Part shown: positions 1 to 8,603 of the stretch, in pieces
How the letters are laid out: every line of letters starts with the position of its first letter
How positions within the stretch are numbered: position 1 is the first letter of the stretch
IMG/VR virus record: IMGVR_UViG_3300028186_000155
Reading direction: 5' to 3' (one strand)
From: a virus
Lineage: Duplodnaviria; Caudoviricetes
DNA length: 64,000 nt
Position numbers and translations under genes: made by a program
Notes under the pieces: model-generated
Told to the model about the DNA's origin: nothing
Seen by the model: only the letters and a program-made list of their open reading frames with translations
The model's database searches: none

Positions 1-377
1 TCGCGCACCGCGACATGGCGATCATCCACAAAGATATAGTTGGCTGCGAGTTTTGCTGCCTGCGGGTCGTAGTGGGTTTGGCCAATGTACATGAATTGCG
101 CTGTTTCGAATTCTTCCGGCGATTCGTCTGCAATCTGTTTGTAAATTGCAGAAAATTCTTTGGTGCCCGGAACGGTTTGACCAAAGCGTGCCGCGTAGGG
201 TTTGCCGAAACTGGATTTCAGGAAGGCGGCCATGGTGCCGGTGTTCGATGCCAGTTGGTGCTTGCCATAGCTCACACCGCCCTTGTCACCTTTGCCGGTG
301 CTCACGGTTTTTACACCGAGGCCACCAGATTCGTATTTACCGGAAATCGAACCGGTAATTTCACGACGTACAGACAT
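1..377 (-). CDS. Putative endolysin, lysozyme-fold VgrG3-C-like muramidase (5' part; continues off the window)
   Basis: Not in the ORF track. Manual translation from the ATG at 377 gives MSVRREITGSISGKYESGGLGVKTVSTGKGDKGGVSYGKHQLASNTGTMAAFL..., open to position 1, with an AGAGGA RBS. It matches the hydrolase domain of ORF 20139..23723. Confidence 0.8.
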   Translation of the reverse strand, partial: MSVRREITGSISGKYESGGLGVKTVSTGKGDKGGVSYGKHQLASNTGTMAAFLKSSFGKPYAARFGQTVPGTKEFSAIYKQIADESPEEFETAQFMYIGQTHYDPQAAKLAANYIFVDDRHVAVR

Positions 378-407
378 AGCATATTCCTCTTTTTGAATGC
401 TATGTCT
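372..407 (-). promoter_or_regulatory. Hairpin occluding the endolysin start codon and RBS region
   Basis: Perfect 11-bp inverted repeat AGACATAGCAT (372-382) / ATGCTATGTCT (397-407) that includes the ATG. Confidence 0.75.
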
Positions 408-413
408 AAATTA
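408..413 (-). promoter_or_regulatory. Putative late promoter core TAATTT (endolysin)
   Basis: The same motif precedes several structural operons. Confidence 0.5.
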
Positions 414-424
414 CTGCTTTCCTG

Positions 425-790
425 TTATTTCAGCCCGGCTTTTGCGCAAGCTTCGCGCCACGCTGCCCGACGTTTTTCATCACGCCGCAATTGGTTCATG
501 ATTCGCACCTGCCTCAGCAGTTTTGTGCGTCGTTTGGATCGTGGCTGCGCGGCGTCTGATTTGCGTTTTAACCACCAACGCCCACGACCTTCAATCAAGG
601 TTCGCACATAGCCGGGTTGGTTGGCTGCCCAGTGGATGTTTAGGGCGATTGCGGCCCCTAGTTTTTGCCATGGATCATAGGCCAAACTTTCCTGTTGCTC
701 AGGATGCGATTCCGCCGGGGTAAATTCCATCAACTTTTTGATTTCGTCAATCAGTTTGGTTCGGTTGCTGTGGGTATTAAGGGCATCCAT
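425..790 (-). CDS. Hypothetical protein with basic C-terminus
   Basis: ORF in the packed minus-strand array; start moved to MDALN. Confidence 0.65.
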   Translation of the reverse strand: MDALNTHSNRTKLIDEIKKLMEFTPAESHPEQQESLAYDPWQKLGAAIALNIHWAANQPGYVRTLIEGRGRWWLKRKSDAAQPRSKRRTKLLRQVRIMNQLRRDEKRRAAWREACAKAGLK

Positions 791-1464
791 ATCAGTTCCT
801 TCGGCAGCCACTGCAAAGAATCCATCACCAGCTTACCATCGGCAGAAGAATGCATTTCTACCTGATGCTCGATGAAATTGAAGGTTTGATAGCCTGCGCA
901 CTCACGTTCTGGATACTTGACCGAGTGGTACACGTTCACCCAACCATCTTCAGAAACTTCGCCATGACGCAAACTGTAGGTCACAGTGCGTGGCATTAAG
1001 CGGCTCAAAATATCCAGCAGACGCCCAACACGCTCCGTCGTCTGTTTTTGGATATTGAAAATGTGCTGCTTTTCGAATTCCTCATACCACGGTTCAGAAT
1101 TCAGCAGTTCGTAAGTCGCTTTGCTCAGATAGCTTTCACAGAGCAAACCAAAAATATCGACCTGATCATTCCATTCCCAGTTGGTCGGTTTGCGCTCGGC
1201 GTCGATCAGGCCCGGATACTTTTGCGCGTCTGCATCGGTGGCACGGCCAATGCCACCCAGCGGCTCCAAACAATCCATCAATTCTTTATGGTAAATGCCG
1301 GTACGCATGCCACGAAAACGATTACGCAACACCGATTGCACATAGCGCAGGGTCAGCGCCTCGGCCCTGTCTTTGTTGAGTGGTAGGGCATTCAGCGCCA
1401 GCACAATTCCGGGGCTGGAAAGTCGCGACGAATACAGCTGGCCATTAACGAGAAATTGCATCAA
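751..1464 (-). CDS. Hypothetical protein
   Basis: 237-aa ORF overlapping its neighbours. Confidence 0.7.
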   Translation of the reverse strand: MMQFLVNGQLYSSRLSSPGIVLALNALPLNKDRAEALTLRYVQSVLRNRFRGMRTGIYHKELMDCLEPLGGIGRATDADAQKYPGLIDAERKPTNWEWNDQVDIFGLLCESYLSKATYELLNSEPWYEEFEKQHIFNIQKQTTERVGRLLDILSRLMPRTVTYSLRHGEVSEDGWVNVYHSVKYPERECAGYQTFNFIEHQVEMHSSADGKLVMDSLQWLPKELIWMPLIPTATEPN

Positions 1465-2005
1465 TCGATTCCTTCGTCATCAGCGGGAGTGGAACCGGCA
1501 AACCTTCCACGATTTGCCAAACTGCACCGTGGTTACAGGCGGCACATACGTGATCGAAACGGCGCTGATCTTGGTACAGGTTCATTTTCAATTGCTGTTC
1601 CGGGTAATCCGACAGGAATTTTCCACATTTCGGATTCGGACATTGCAGGTCGAGTGCACTGCGTGAAAAACCATCACGGCCCGTGTCACCTTTGGCACCG
1701 CGTGGACCCTGCGGGCCGGGCATGCCTGCGTAACCTTGCGGCCCTACTGGTCCCTGAAATACTTTGAACAAACGGGAACCCAACGGCAACCAATTTACGC
1801 AACCGATAAAATCACGTTTGTTGCCGACAGCACGGCGGGCACAGGCTTCTGCAACTTCGGACGGAGTGAGTTCGGTGTCGTAGCAGTCGAGATTTTCCGA
1901 TTCCTGATCGAATTGTTCGTCAGAAATGTTGTACCAGAACGGGCTCAACATGTGCCGCACTTGTGGGATGTAGCAGCCGTCTTTATAGAGCACACGACTT
2001 TTCAT
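1445..2005 (-). CDS. Hypothetical protein with a short collagen-like G-X-Y repeat and a C-terminal Zn ribbon
   Basis: GPVGPQGYAGMPGPQGPRGAKGDTGRDG followed by CPNPKC...CAAC. Confidence 0.75.
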   Translation of the reverse strand: MKSRVLYKDGCYIPQVRHMLSPFWYNISDEQFDQESENLDCYDTELTPSEVAEACARRAVGNKRDFIGCVNWLPLGSRLFKVFQGPVGPQGYAGMPGPQGPRGAKGDTGRDGFSRSALDLQCPNPKCGKFLSDYPEQQLKMNLYQDQRRFDHVCAACNHGAVWQIVEGLPVPLPLMTKESIDAISR

Positions 2006-2223
2006 ATCGACCCCTCGAAAAACAATGTGAAATTGCGCCCGCGTGGAAAGATTTTTGCGCTGATTTTCTTGCTGGCTTTCCAGTAGGCTTTACGCTTGTC
2101 ATCTGCCACTTTGCCCGTGGCCAGAATGTTGCCCATGCAGCGCATCATTCGGCTAATTTCTGCATCACGTTGCTGGCGGTAAGCTTCCGCCAAATCATAA
2201 GATCGAGTCACAGGCGGCCCCAC
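2002..2223 (-). CDS. Small hypothetical protein
   Basis: ATGA overlap with the next gene. Confidence 0.55.
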   Translation of the reverse strand: MGPPVTRSYDLAEAYRQQRDAEISRMMRCMGNILATGKVADDKRKAYWKASKKISAKIFPRGRNFTLFFEGSI

Positions 2224-2417
2224 GTTTGATAATCGGCTTCGGTCATACGCTGGTCGGCGCGTGCGTCTTCCACTTCTTTTTTGTGCAGGTCTTCACGATG
2301 TTTTTCACAGGCCCACGAACCACCGTGTGCACGTTCGCGCCAGATGGCTTGCACTTTTTCGCCCGCTTTCTTACACCACGTGCAGCCGTGTTTTTGGTTT
2401 TCTTTCAAGCGTTTCAT
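2208..2417 (-). CDS. Small Cys/His (Zn-binding?) protein
   Basis: CTWC...ACEKH; ATGA coupling. Confidence 0.65.
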   Translation of the reverse strand: MKRLKENQKHGCTWCKKAGEKVQAIWRERAHGGSWACEKHREDLHKKEVEDARADQRMTEADYQTWGRL

Positions 2418-2719
2418 TGGCGGTGTTGCTCCGCCAGATAATTGGTCACATCGTAAATGTGCCAGATCAGTTGGCCGCTTTCGGTGCTCACGGTGCCGAT
2501 GAAACGGCCAGTATGTGGTTCGTCCATCGTATGGCCCGTGCCATAGATACGCAGCTGGCGTTTGAGGGCTGGCGCGTCTTTTTCCATTTCCGCATACAGC
2601 ACGACGTTTTCATTGCCGAAAATATCGGGCTGCATGATCACTGACAGGATGTTGGCAGGTGCCGGGATTTCCAGTTCTTGCCAGTCACTGACCATAACGT
2701 GAAATTTACCGATGATCAT
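2414..2719 (-). CDS. Conserved-looking phage hypothetical protein
   Basis: Start at MIIGKF; IYGTGH...FIGTV...LIWHIY pattern typical of small phage proteins. Confidence 0.7.
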   Translation of the reverse strand: MIIGKFHVMVSDWQELEIPAPANILSVIMQPDIFGNENVVLYAEMEKDAPALKRQLRIYGTGHTMDEPHTGRFIGTVSTESGQLIWHIYDVTNYLAEQHRQ

Positions 2720-2721
2720 TT

Positions 2722-3165
2722 TCAGAATCCTTTGAGATTTATGATGGAATTGTGTGGGCGAATCGGGATGCCAAAGTCTCTCATATCGACAAATCCGCGC
2801 TGCGTGTCTGCCGAGGGCATCCACCAGTTATAGCCGGGATCAGCACGCATGCCCATAGAAACATTAGGCAATTGTGGTTCTTTTAGCGCAGATTCCAGCG
2901 AACCCAACTGGCGGCGAATTTCATTGGCCATTGCGGGGTGCATGATCAGCTTATCACCCATGCGGATCACGGTGCGCGAAGGTTTCGTGGTGGTCGTGAT
3001 GTTGAAACGCTTTTCAGGCTTATGGCGTTTTCGGTGTGCCCACTTGCGTTCGCGCAGATGGTGCACCAATTCTACTTGCGTCGAGTCTTCGACAACCTGC
3101 AACCCATTAAAACCAATCAGACCAGCTAAATTTCGGGACGTATCTTCGGAGTGGCCCAGCGACAT
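2722..3165 (-). CDS. Hypothetical protein
   Basis: 147-aa ORF with GAGG RBS. Confidence 0.7.
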   Translation of the reverse strand: MSLGHSEDTSRNLAGLIGFNGLQVVEDSTQVELVHHLRERKWAHRKRHKPEKRFNITTTTKPSRTVIRMGDKLIMHPAMANEIRRQLGSLESALKEPQLPNVSMGMRADPGYNWWMPSADTQRGFVDMRDFGIPIRPHNSIINLKGF

Positions 3166-3541
3166 TGTTCACCTCGGTAAATAATCCAACTAGGCGCCGA
3201 CGTGCTTTTTTCTCACCCTCTTCAGGAAGAATCCGGGCATAAGCATGATTACGCAGGCGGTGCCAGTTGTTCAGATAGTGGCGGCGCACGAAGGTTTGGC
3301 GCAGCAGCGAAAGCGTGCAGCTAACGTTCTGCATCTGATGCCCGGCCAACAAAAGTTCGTCCAGATAACGCAGGTCTTCATGGCGACAACGCATCATGGT
3401 GAAATCGAAAGTAATGTCGCAAAGTTCACGGCAATATTCGCGATGGCTTTCGGTGTTTGCAATTTCCAGCAACTGGCTGGCTGTAAGCAGAAAGGTCGGT
3501 TCCTGCAAACGTCCGGGGTGCCGGTGCATAAAAATCAACAT
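3107..3541 (-). CDS. Hypothetical protein
   Basis: 144-aa ORF in the array. Confidence 0.65.
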   Translation of the reverse strand: MLIFMHRHPGRLQEPTFLLTASQLLEIANTESHREYCRELCDITFDFTMMRCRHEDLRYLDELLLAGHQMQNVSCTLSLLRQTFVRRHYLNNWHRLRNHAYARILPEEGEKKARRRLVGLFTEVNNVAGPLRRYVPKFSWSDWF

Positions 3542-3822
3542 GAGTTAACCTTCCGAATAATGTTGGACAGCTGGCCTAGCGACAGAAAACCTAGCTGTTC
3601 CTTGGTTTCAATTCCAAACGGTTCACGGTCGCGCAGCTTGTAGCGGTCCTGTTCGGTTCGCCACATGTTGCACAGCCTTTTCGATTCCTTGATCGGATCG
3701 GCTACGTCTGAAACTTCGCGAGGTACGAGGCCAGCAAAGCGCCAGCCATGGCGGGGGCCGATATAAACCCAGTGCTCGATAAAGGCGACAACAGAGACGC
3801 CTTGCTGTTTGAAAGTTTTCAT
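3535..3822 (-). CDS. Hypothetical protein
   Basis: 95-aa ORF with GAGGG RBS. Confidence 0.65.
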   Translation of the reverse strand: MKTFKQQGVSVVAFIEHWVYIGPRHGWRFAGLVPREVSDVADPIKESKRLCNMWRTEQDRYKLRDREPFGIETKEQLGFLSLGQLSNIIRKVNSC

Positions 3823-3833
3823 GATTCCCTCAC

Positions 3834-3862
3834 AAAAACGAAAGGGCCTTCCTTGGCCCCAA
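3834..3862 (-). terminator. Rho-independent terminator
   Basis: GGGCC-aaggaa-GGCCC followed by TTTCGTTTTT on the minus strand. Confidence 0.6.
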
Positions 3863-3867
3863 TCGTC

Positions 3868-4902
3868 TTATTCCGCAGCGTCTTTTTCGATATCTTCCAT
3901 GTACACGGTTTGCGGCTCATTGGTATTGCAACCAGATACCTCGCCACGGCTTCCAGTCTGGAATTCTTCCGGGTACATCACGCATGTTTCAATCACGTTT
4001 TCGAACATTTTCCACGCGATGTAATCATCGAGGCAGACCATGCGCGCCTGCTTGTGCTTGTCGTCTTCTGCGCAGAGCAAACTAACGCCATAGGGCGACA
4101 GGTCATCGATAATTTCGCGCAGGTACGACAGGCGCACATGGCGGAAATCGCGACCGATACGCACCGGGTGCAGGTTGTTGGTATCGAAACATTTGGTACG
4201 GTCGAGGAAAGCCACATAGGTTTTCACCGGGTCCAATTCGTGCGGTCCCATGAATTCCAACGGGTCATGCTCGGAGGCATCATCGGGCAGTTTCTTCGGA
4301 GCTACGTCACGCGCCATAGTGCGCTGGCGGATCAGGAAATCGTCGGCCTTGGGCCAGTATTTGATGAAACGGTGCTCAGCATTTTCGATCAGGATATTGC
4401 GATGTGAACCGAACTGTTTGAATTTCCAGTTATCGAACATTGCCCACAGCAGATCGTTTTCGACACTGGTGTTTGGAATCAGGGTGTGGAAATCGCGGTT
4501 GTAGCGACCTTTGCGATAGTCCATATCATAGCCAACGATATTCAACATGCAGGCCAGATGGTAATACACATGGTCACGGGCGTGCTCGACTTCCGGGCAG
4601 ATAATCACGTGACCATTGAAACGGTTTTTGTCGAGGGCGGCGCGCAGGTCGTCCAGTTCGGTATCGGAACCAACGCAACGAATGTTCACGTAGTTGGTGC
4701 CCTTGAACGTGTCGCTGGCGCGGATCTTGGCGGATGCCTCGGTAACTCCGTACAAAATCACGTTGGTATCAAACTGCGAACCGTTTAATGCGTCTTCAGA
4801 CAGCCGGGTTACGTTCTTAGCATAACCGATCAGCATGGTGTGAATCACCGTGTCGTAGACGCGTGGATTGTTGAAAACAGAACGTTCGAATTTGTATTGC
4901 AT
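3868..4902 (-). CDS. Hypothetical protein (344 aa)
   Basis: Long ORF, GAGG RBS, upstream ACTGTAAAT motif. Confidence 0.8.
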   Translation of the reverse strand: MQYKFERSVFNNPRVYDTVIHTMLIGYAKNVTRLSEDALNGSQFDTNVILYGVTEASAKIRASDTFKGTNYVNIRCVGSDTELDDLRAALDKNRFNGHVIICPEVEHARDHVYYHLACMLNIVGYDMDYRKGRYNRDFHTLIPNTSVENDLLWAMFDNWKFKQFGSHRNILIENAEHRFIKYWPKADDFLIRQRTMARDVAPKKLPDDASEHDPLEFMGPHELDPVKTYVAFLDRTKCFDTNNLHPVRIGRDFRHVRLSYLREIIDDLSPYGVSLLCAEDDKHKQARMVCLDDYIAWKMFENVIETCVMYPEEFQTGSRGEVSGCNTNEPQTVYMEDIEKDAAE

Positions 4903-5008
4903 AAAGTCCTCTGCGCTTACCGCGCAACAGTCTCAGTTTAGTGGGTTGGCGATGCTTACCACACCGCCGGTATTTCGGTGAATCTACAGCGGTCCTACAA
5001 TGAGATAT

Positions 5009-5347
5009 TTACAGTTTCTCTTCTGTTGCTTCATCGACCAGCTGATCCACAATCGAGTTGGGAATTCCGATGGTCGCGTGAATGATTACCTTGCGAATTT
5101 CTGCAATGCGCGCCAGCAGGAAACGTTCGAAAGCTTCCTCGGTCAAATACTGGCTATCGCCCGCAGTGTTCCAGATGCCGAAGCCGCAATACTCTACGCC
5201 GTATTCGTCGGCGCAGTAGTGGAACTGCACAAGGGGCACGAAATGTTCCAGTCGGGCGGGCAAGCCTTCGTAGACAAAGTGGCTATTGATACGATCAACA
5301 ATTTTGATCGCAATGTCGGGAGTAATCGGGTCCGGGTCCATTTCCAT
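5009..5347 (-). CDS. Hypothetical protein
   Basis: GAGG RBS, 112 aa. Confidence 0.7.
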   Translation of the reverse strand: MEMDPDPITPDIAIKIVDRINSHFVYEGLPARLEHFVPLVQFHYCADEYGVEYCGFGIWNTAGDSQYLTEEAFERFLLARIAEIRKVIIHATIGIPNSIVDQLVDEATEEKL

Positions 5348-5356
5348 GATATTACC

Positions 5357-5785
5357 TCAAAGGTTTTTTGTTTGCCGCTCAAGACGTTTGATCGCCAAGA
5401 GCAATTTTCCCATAGGTAGCCGGGAAAAATCTGTAATGTCCGGTGGCCGATTTGGCTTGGCACTGGCGGCCAATGCGAGATTGTAGCGGGCCTGTGCATC
5501 TTCTGCCCGCTGCCGCACGTCGGTGTAAATACCGGAAATGTATGGCTGCACAATCCGCAGGAAAACCCAGCTGATACCATCAGGCTTTTGCAGGTATTCC
5601 GAAATGCCGCTGCAACGACCACAGCGGAAAATGTGCGTGCCTTTTGCGAAGCTTGGGATCAGCTGGCAACGGCGCTGTTGTTTGCGGCTAAAGTCTTCGC
5701 GGATCGCGCGATTGCAGCGCGGGCACACTTGGATATTGTGCTTGAGAATTTCCGGGTACAACCACGACCGTATCCACTTGATCAT
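5357..5785 (-). CDS. Zn-ribbon hypothetical protein
   Basis: Start at MIKWIR; CPRC...CGRC. Confidence 0.65.
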   Translation of the reverse strand: MIKWIRSWLYPEILKHNIQVCPRCNRAIREDFSRKQQRRCQLIPSFAKGTHIFRCGRCSGISEYLQKPDGISWVFLRIVQPYISGIYTDVRQRAEDAQARYNLALAASAKPNRPPDITDFSRLPMGKLLLAIKRLERQTKNL

Positions 5786-5795
5786 GTTGGAATTC

Positions 5796-6353
5796 TCACA
5801 AGGGCAGGTATTCGTCGGTTTCCAGACTGAAGTTGCCGCGCTGTTCATGCAGGTGCATCTTGCGCTCTTTTTGCTGCATGTAGTCTTCGAAGTTTTTGGA
5901 GACGTTTTCGCCTTCACCCTCGGTGCGCATCATGCGCCACGCAATGACTGTCAGGGCCTCGATAACCTTGCTCACTTCCACGCGGAAATTCATTGGTTCC
6001 ATGTGGTCGGTGGCTTCCGCGATTTTGCAGAATTGCCCGGCCTGAATGATCAGGTCAACACTGGTCAGCATATGGTCGATGCCGTCCGGGTATGCCAGCA
6101 CGTTTTCTTCCATGGTTGCGAAGCCGTCAATTTCCTTATTCATGAAATTGGCGAACATGGTGTTGTAGTAGAACAGATCGAAGCCGTGGTTGGCGAACAT
6201 GCCCGGCCCTTCGATGCGATAGTCGGTGCTAATGCGCGACGTAACCAGCGCGAAATGCTTGATCTTTTCCGCCTGCGTCAGCACGCCGATATCGTTGAAG
6301 TAGCGGGCGGCATGCTGCGAGAGTTTCCACTGAATGTCGTTGACGTAAATCAT
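5796..6353 (-). CDS. Hypothetical protein
   Basis: 185 aa, ATGA-coupled. Confidence 0.7.
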   Translation of the reverse strand: MIYVNDIQWKLSQHAARYFNDIGVLTQAEKIKHFALVTSRISTDYRIEGPGMFANHGFDLFYYNTMFANFMNKEIDGFATMEENVLAYPDGIDHMLTSVDLIIQAGQFCKIAEATDHMEPMNFRVEVSKVIEALTVIAWRMMRTEGEGENVSKNFEDYMQQKERKMHLHEQRGNFSLETDEYLPL

Positions 6354-6937
6354 CCGTATAATCCTTCGGCCATCAGGCGCTGTTTGTAGGGAACAATATC
6401 GTGTCCGAAATCTTCGAGTCTTTGCAGCAGCTTTTTCATGTGCGGCTTCAGACGAAGGTTCCAGATTTCAACGTCGAATTCCCATGCAATCATGATCGCA
6501 ATTCCGGTGCCCCCGGTGCGACCACGCATGTACTCTGATGGCTTGGTGCAGCCGTCAGGCGTCCAGCACATCAGGAATTCTGAAGGGTCGGAATCTTCCA
6601 CGCAGGTTGATAGGCCGACTACCTGAAAAGCATTGCGGCGAAACATTTTCATGTGCTGGCGGTTTTGAATCACAATCGGATAAACTTTCTGCGCCAGATA
6701 TTCGCCCCACGCTGTTTGTTCGGGGGTGTACTGCCAGATGCCAGTTTGGTGCCCACGGAACCCACGATCAGGCAGGTAAATCTCCGCGTGTTTAGCACCT
6801 AACTCAAATGCTTCATCGGAACCTTTTGCGGCCCCTGATCGCAGGATGGAATTGGGCTTTGTCTTGGCGAACAAAGTTTGCAATTCGCAAACCACTTTCG
6901 GGGTCTTCTGCGAGCCGACGCCAGTCCACTTTTTCAG
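6350..6937 (-). CDS. SLOG-superfamily (DprA/Smf-like) nucleotide-binding protein
   Basis: WTGVGSQKTP...LRSGAAKGSDEAFE...RRNAFQVVG...CWTPDG...GGTGIAI motifs. The first motif lies upstream of the tracked start, implying a CTG start at 6937. Confidence 0.75.
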   Translation of the reverse strand: MKKWTGVGSQKTPKVVCELQTLFAKTKPNSILRSGAAKGSDEAFELGAKHAEIYLPDRGFRGHQTGIWQYTPEQTAWGEYLAQKVYPIVIQNRQHMKMFRRNAFQVVGLSTCVEDSDPSEFLMCWTPDGCTKPSEYMRGRTGGTGIAIMIAWEFDVEIWNLRLKPHMKKLLQRLEDFGHDIVPYKQRLMAEGLYG

Positions 6938-7287
6938 CGATATTCGCCGTTAGCTTGGGCTTCGACGGTCAGCTTAATAAGCAGGTCTTCCCGCTGAAAA
7001 AAGTCGCGCAATTCTGCATGGCGCTCTTTGTCCATGTATGCCAGAATTTTGCGGTTGAGTTCTGCGCGAATATCGCGTTCTTGTAAGATCAGATCGAACC
7101 ATTTGGCCTCGCTGTAATAGCGAGTAATGCCACTCCCCGGTACACCTTTCAAACCATCACGACCGAGAAGTCGATCCAGCGACATGCCTTCAGGCACATC
7201 GTATTCAAGGGTTTCCAATTGACGGCGCAGGCGCGTGTTCTGGTCTTTGAGAGTATTGTAAATTTCTTCAAGCTTTGCCTTGTCCAT
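6934..7287 (-). CDS. Hypothetical coiled-coil protein
   Basis: Start at MDKAK with GGAGG RBS. Confidence 0.7.
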   Translation of the reverse strand: MDKAKLEEIYNTLKDQNTRLRRQLETLEYDVPEGMSLDRLLGRDGLKGVPGSGITRYYSEAKWFDLILQERDIRAELNRKILAYMDKERHAELRDFFQREDLLIKLTVEAQANGEYR

Positions 7288-7613
7288 CAGTCCTCCAAAT
7301 CGTTTGGTGGAATTGCGTGTGCCTCGAAATCGGTCGAACCTGTATCGACGTGCTCCAGATTGCCCCGGTCGTTGGTCTTCCACTTCCCTTTCTCAAGGAA
7401 AATTCGTGGGAATTCACCGTGCCACTTGCCGTACTCGGTTGGCTTGCCACTACGGTAGTTGGTAGGGCCGCAGGCGCTGCACAGTTCAAGGCCTTCACGC
7501 TCAGGCGCATAAGCCCAGCTGAAAATGTTCATGAACAGCATTTTCTTGAAACCTTGCGCGGCCAGCGCAGTATTCTCACAGCAGCCGCAAACTTCACACT
7601 GAAACAAACTCAT
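7287..7613 (-). CDS. Cys-rich phage hypothetical protein
   Basis: MSLFQCEVCGCCENTAL...LCSAC...GKWHGEF. Confidence 0.75.
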   Translation of the reverse strand: MSLFQCEVCGCCENTALAAQGFKKMLFMNIFSWAYAPEREGLELCSACGPTNYRSGKPTEYGKWHGEFPRIFLEKGKWKTNDRGNLEHVDTGSTDFEAHAIPPNDLED

Positions 7614-7654
7614 GAAATTTCCTCAATGGTTGGGCCGTCCTTGGCCCGCAGGAA

Positions 7655-7960
7655 TTAGGCAGCTGGGTCCATGTCTGGTTCCAGTTCCTCTTCTTCCTCT
7701 TCTTCCTCTTCCAAGTCGTCGTCAATGCGATTGTTGAAGGCTTCGTGGAAGGCGCCGCCCTCGAAAATCAGGCTGTCACCGAAACCGATAAACGCGTCCA
7801 GATTTCCGTAGGCGTGTTGCAGCAGGGAACCAACGAAGTATTGGCAGGCAACACTGACAATTTCGCCGGTTTCTTCGCTACGGATAACGTCGCTCACAGT
7901 CATGGCCACTGGGCTGTTGTTGTAGGCAGTCAGGGCACCAACGTATGGGGTAGAGGACAT
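7655..7960 (-). CDS. Small protein, possibly DUF2158/YodC-like, with acidic tail
   Basis: SPVAMTV...VACQYF pattern; poly-E tail; AGGAG RBS. Confidence 0.55.
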   Translation of the reverse strand: MSSTPYVGALTAYNNSPVAMTVSDVIRSEETGEIVSVACQYFVGSLLQHAYGNLDAFIGFGDSLIFEGGAFHEAFNNRIDDDLEEEEEEEEELEPDMDPAA

Positions 7961-7973
7961 GCAAAAACTCCTG

Positions 7974-8603
7974 TTAACGTTTCGATTTTTTCTTGCGGTT
8001 TTGCTTCTGCTTCTTACGCCGTTCGGCAGCGTCGAGGGCAGACAGCATGGCGGCGCTGTAGACCGGTGCACGGCCCGCAGCTACCAGTTGCTCATTGAGG
8101 TATTGGGCTTCGGATTCTTTGTCGAACAAATCCAGTGCACCAGATTCCTCAAGTTCATCCAACGCCTTGTCTGCGTCGAATTCGGTTTCGCCACTTTCCA
8201 CATATTCCACACGCTTTTCTGCTTCGCGCATGGCGCCAGCCAGTTCCTGCAAACCGGCGATTTTCTCGGCGGGGAAAGTTGCGTAATACGCCTTGGTTTT
8301 TTCGTCCAGTGGTTCGCCACCCCACTTGGAATCAGCCATGTAGCCAATATCTTCTAAGGTTGCGAAATGTTGGGTGCGACCGCGCATGACACGCGATTTG
8401 ATTTGGTCGGGATGCGCACTGAAAAACTTTGCGGCGTTTTCTTCGTGATTGGAAGTAACGACGTGACCATCAGGCACCACAGGATCGGTCGAATAGTGCG
8501 CTTTGATTTCTGCGATTTGTTCGCCGTAACCTTTGACGGCCTTCGGGTCTTCATCGCTCCAGTTGATGATACCCGGTGTTTGTACTTCGCCGTGTTCGTT
8601 CAT
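7974..8603 (-). CDS. Hypothetical protein with highly basic C-terminus
   Basis: Start at MNEHG (ATGA overlap); ends RRKKQKQNRKKKSKR. Confidence 0.7.
   Translation of the reverse strand: MNEHGEVQTPGIINWSDEDPKAVKGYGEQIAEIKAHYSTDPVVPDGHVVTSNHEENAAKFFSAHPDQIKSRVMRGRTQHFATLEDIGYMADSKWGGEPLDEKTKAYYATFPAEKIAGLQELAGAMREAEKRVEYVESGETEFDADKALDELEESGALDLFDKESEAQYLNEQLVAAGRAPVYSAAMLSALDAAERRKKQKQNRKKKSKR

Noticed and set aside
4903-5007. Structured intergenic region as a possible tRNA or ncRNA
   Set aside because: No cloverleaf or T-loop consensus; only small hairpins, consistent with a 5' UTR.
7680-7720. GAA-rich tracts (also near 21260, 42200, 50270 and 61900) as DNA repeat elements
   Set aside because: They encode acidic protein linkers, and mixed synonymous codons argue against a DNA-level repeat function.
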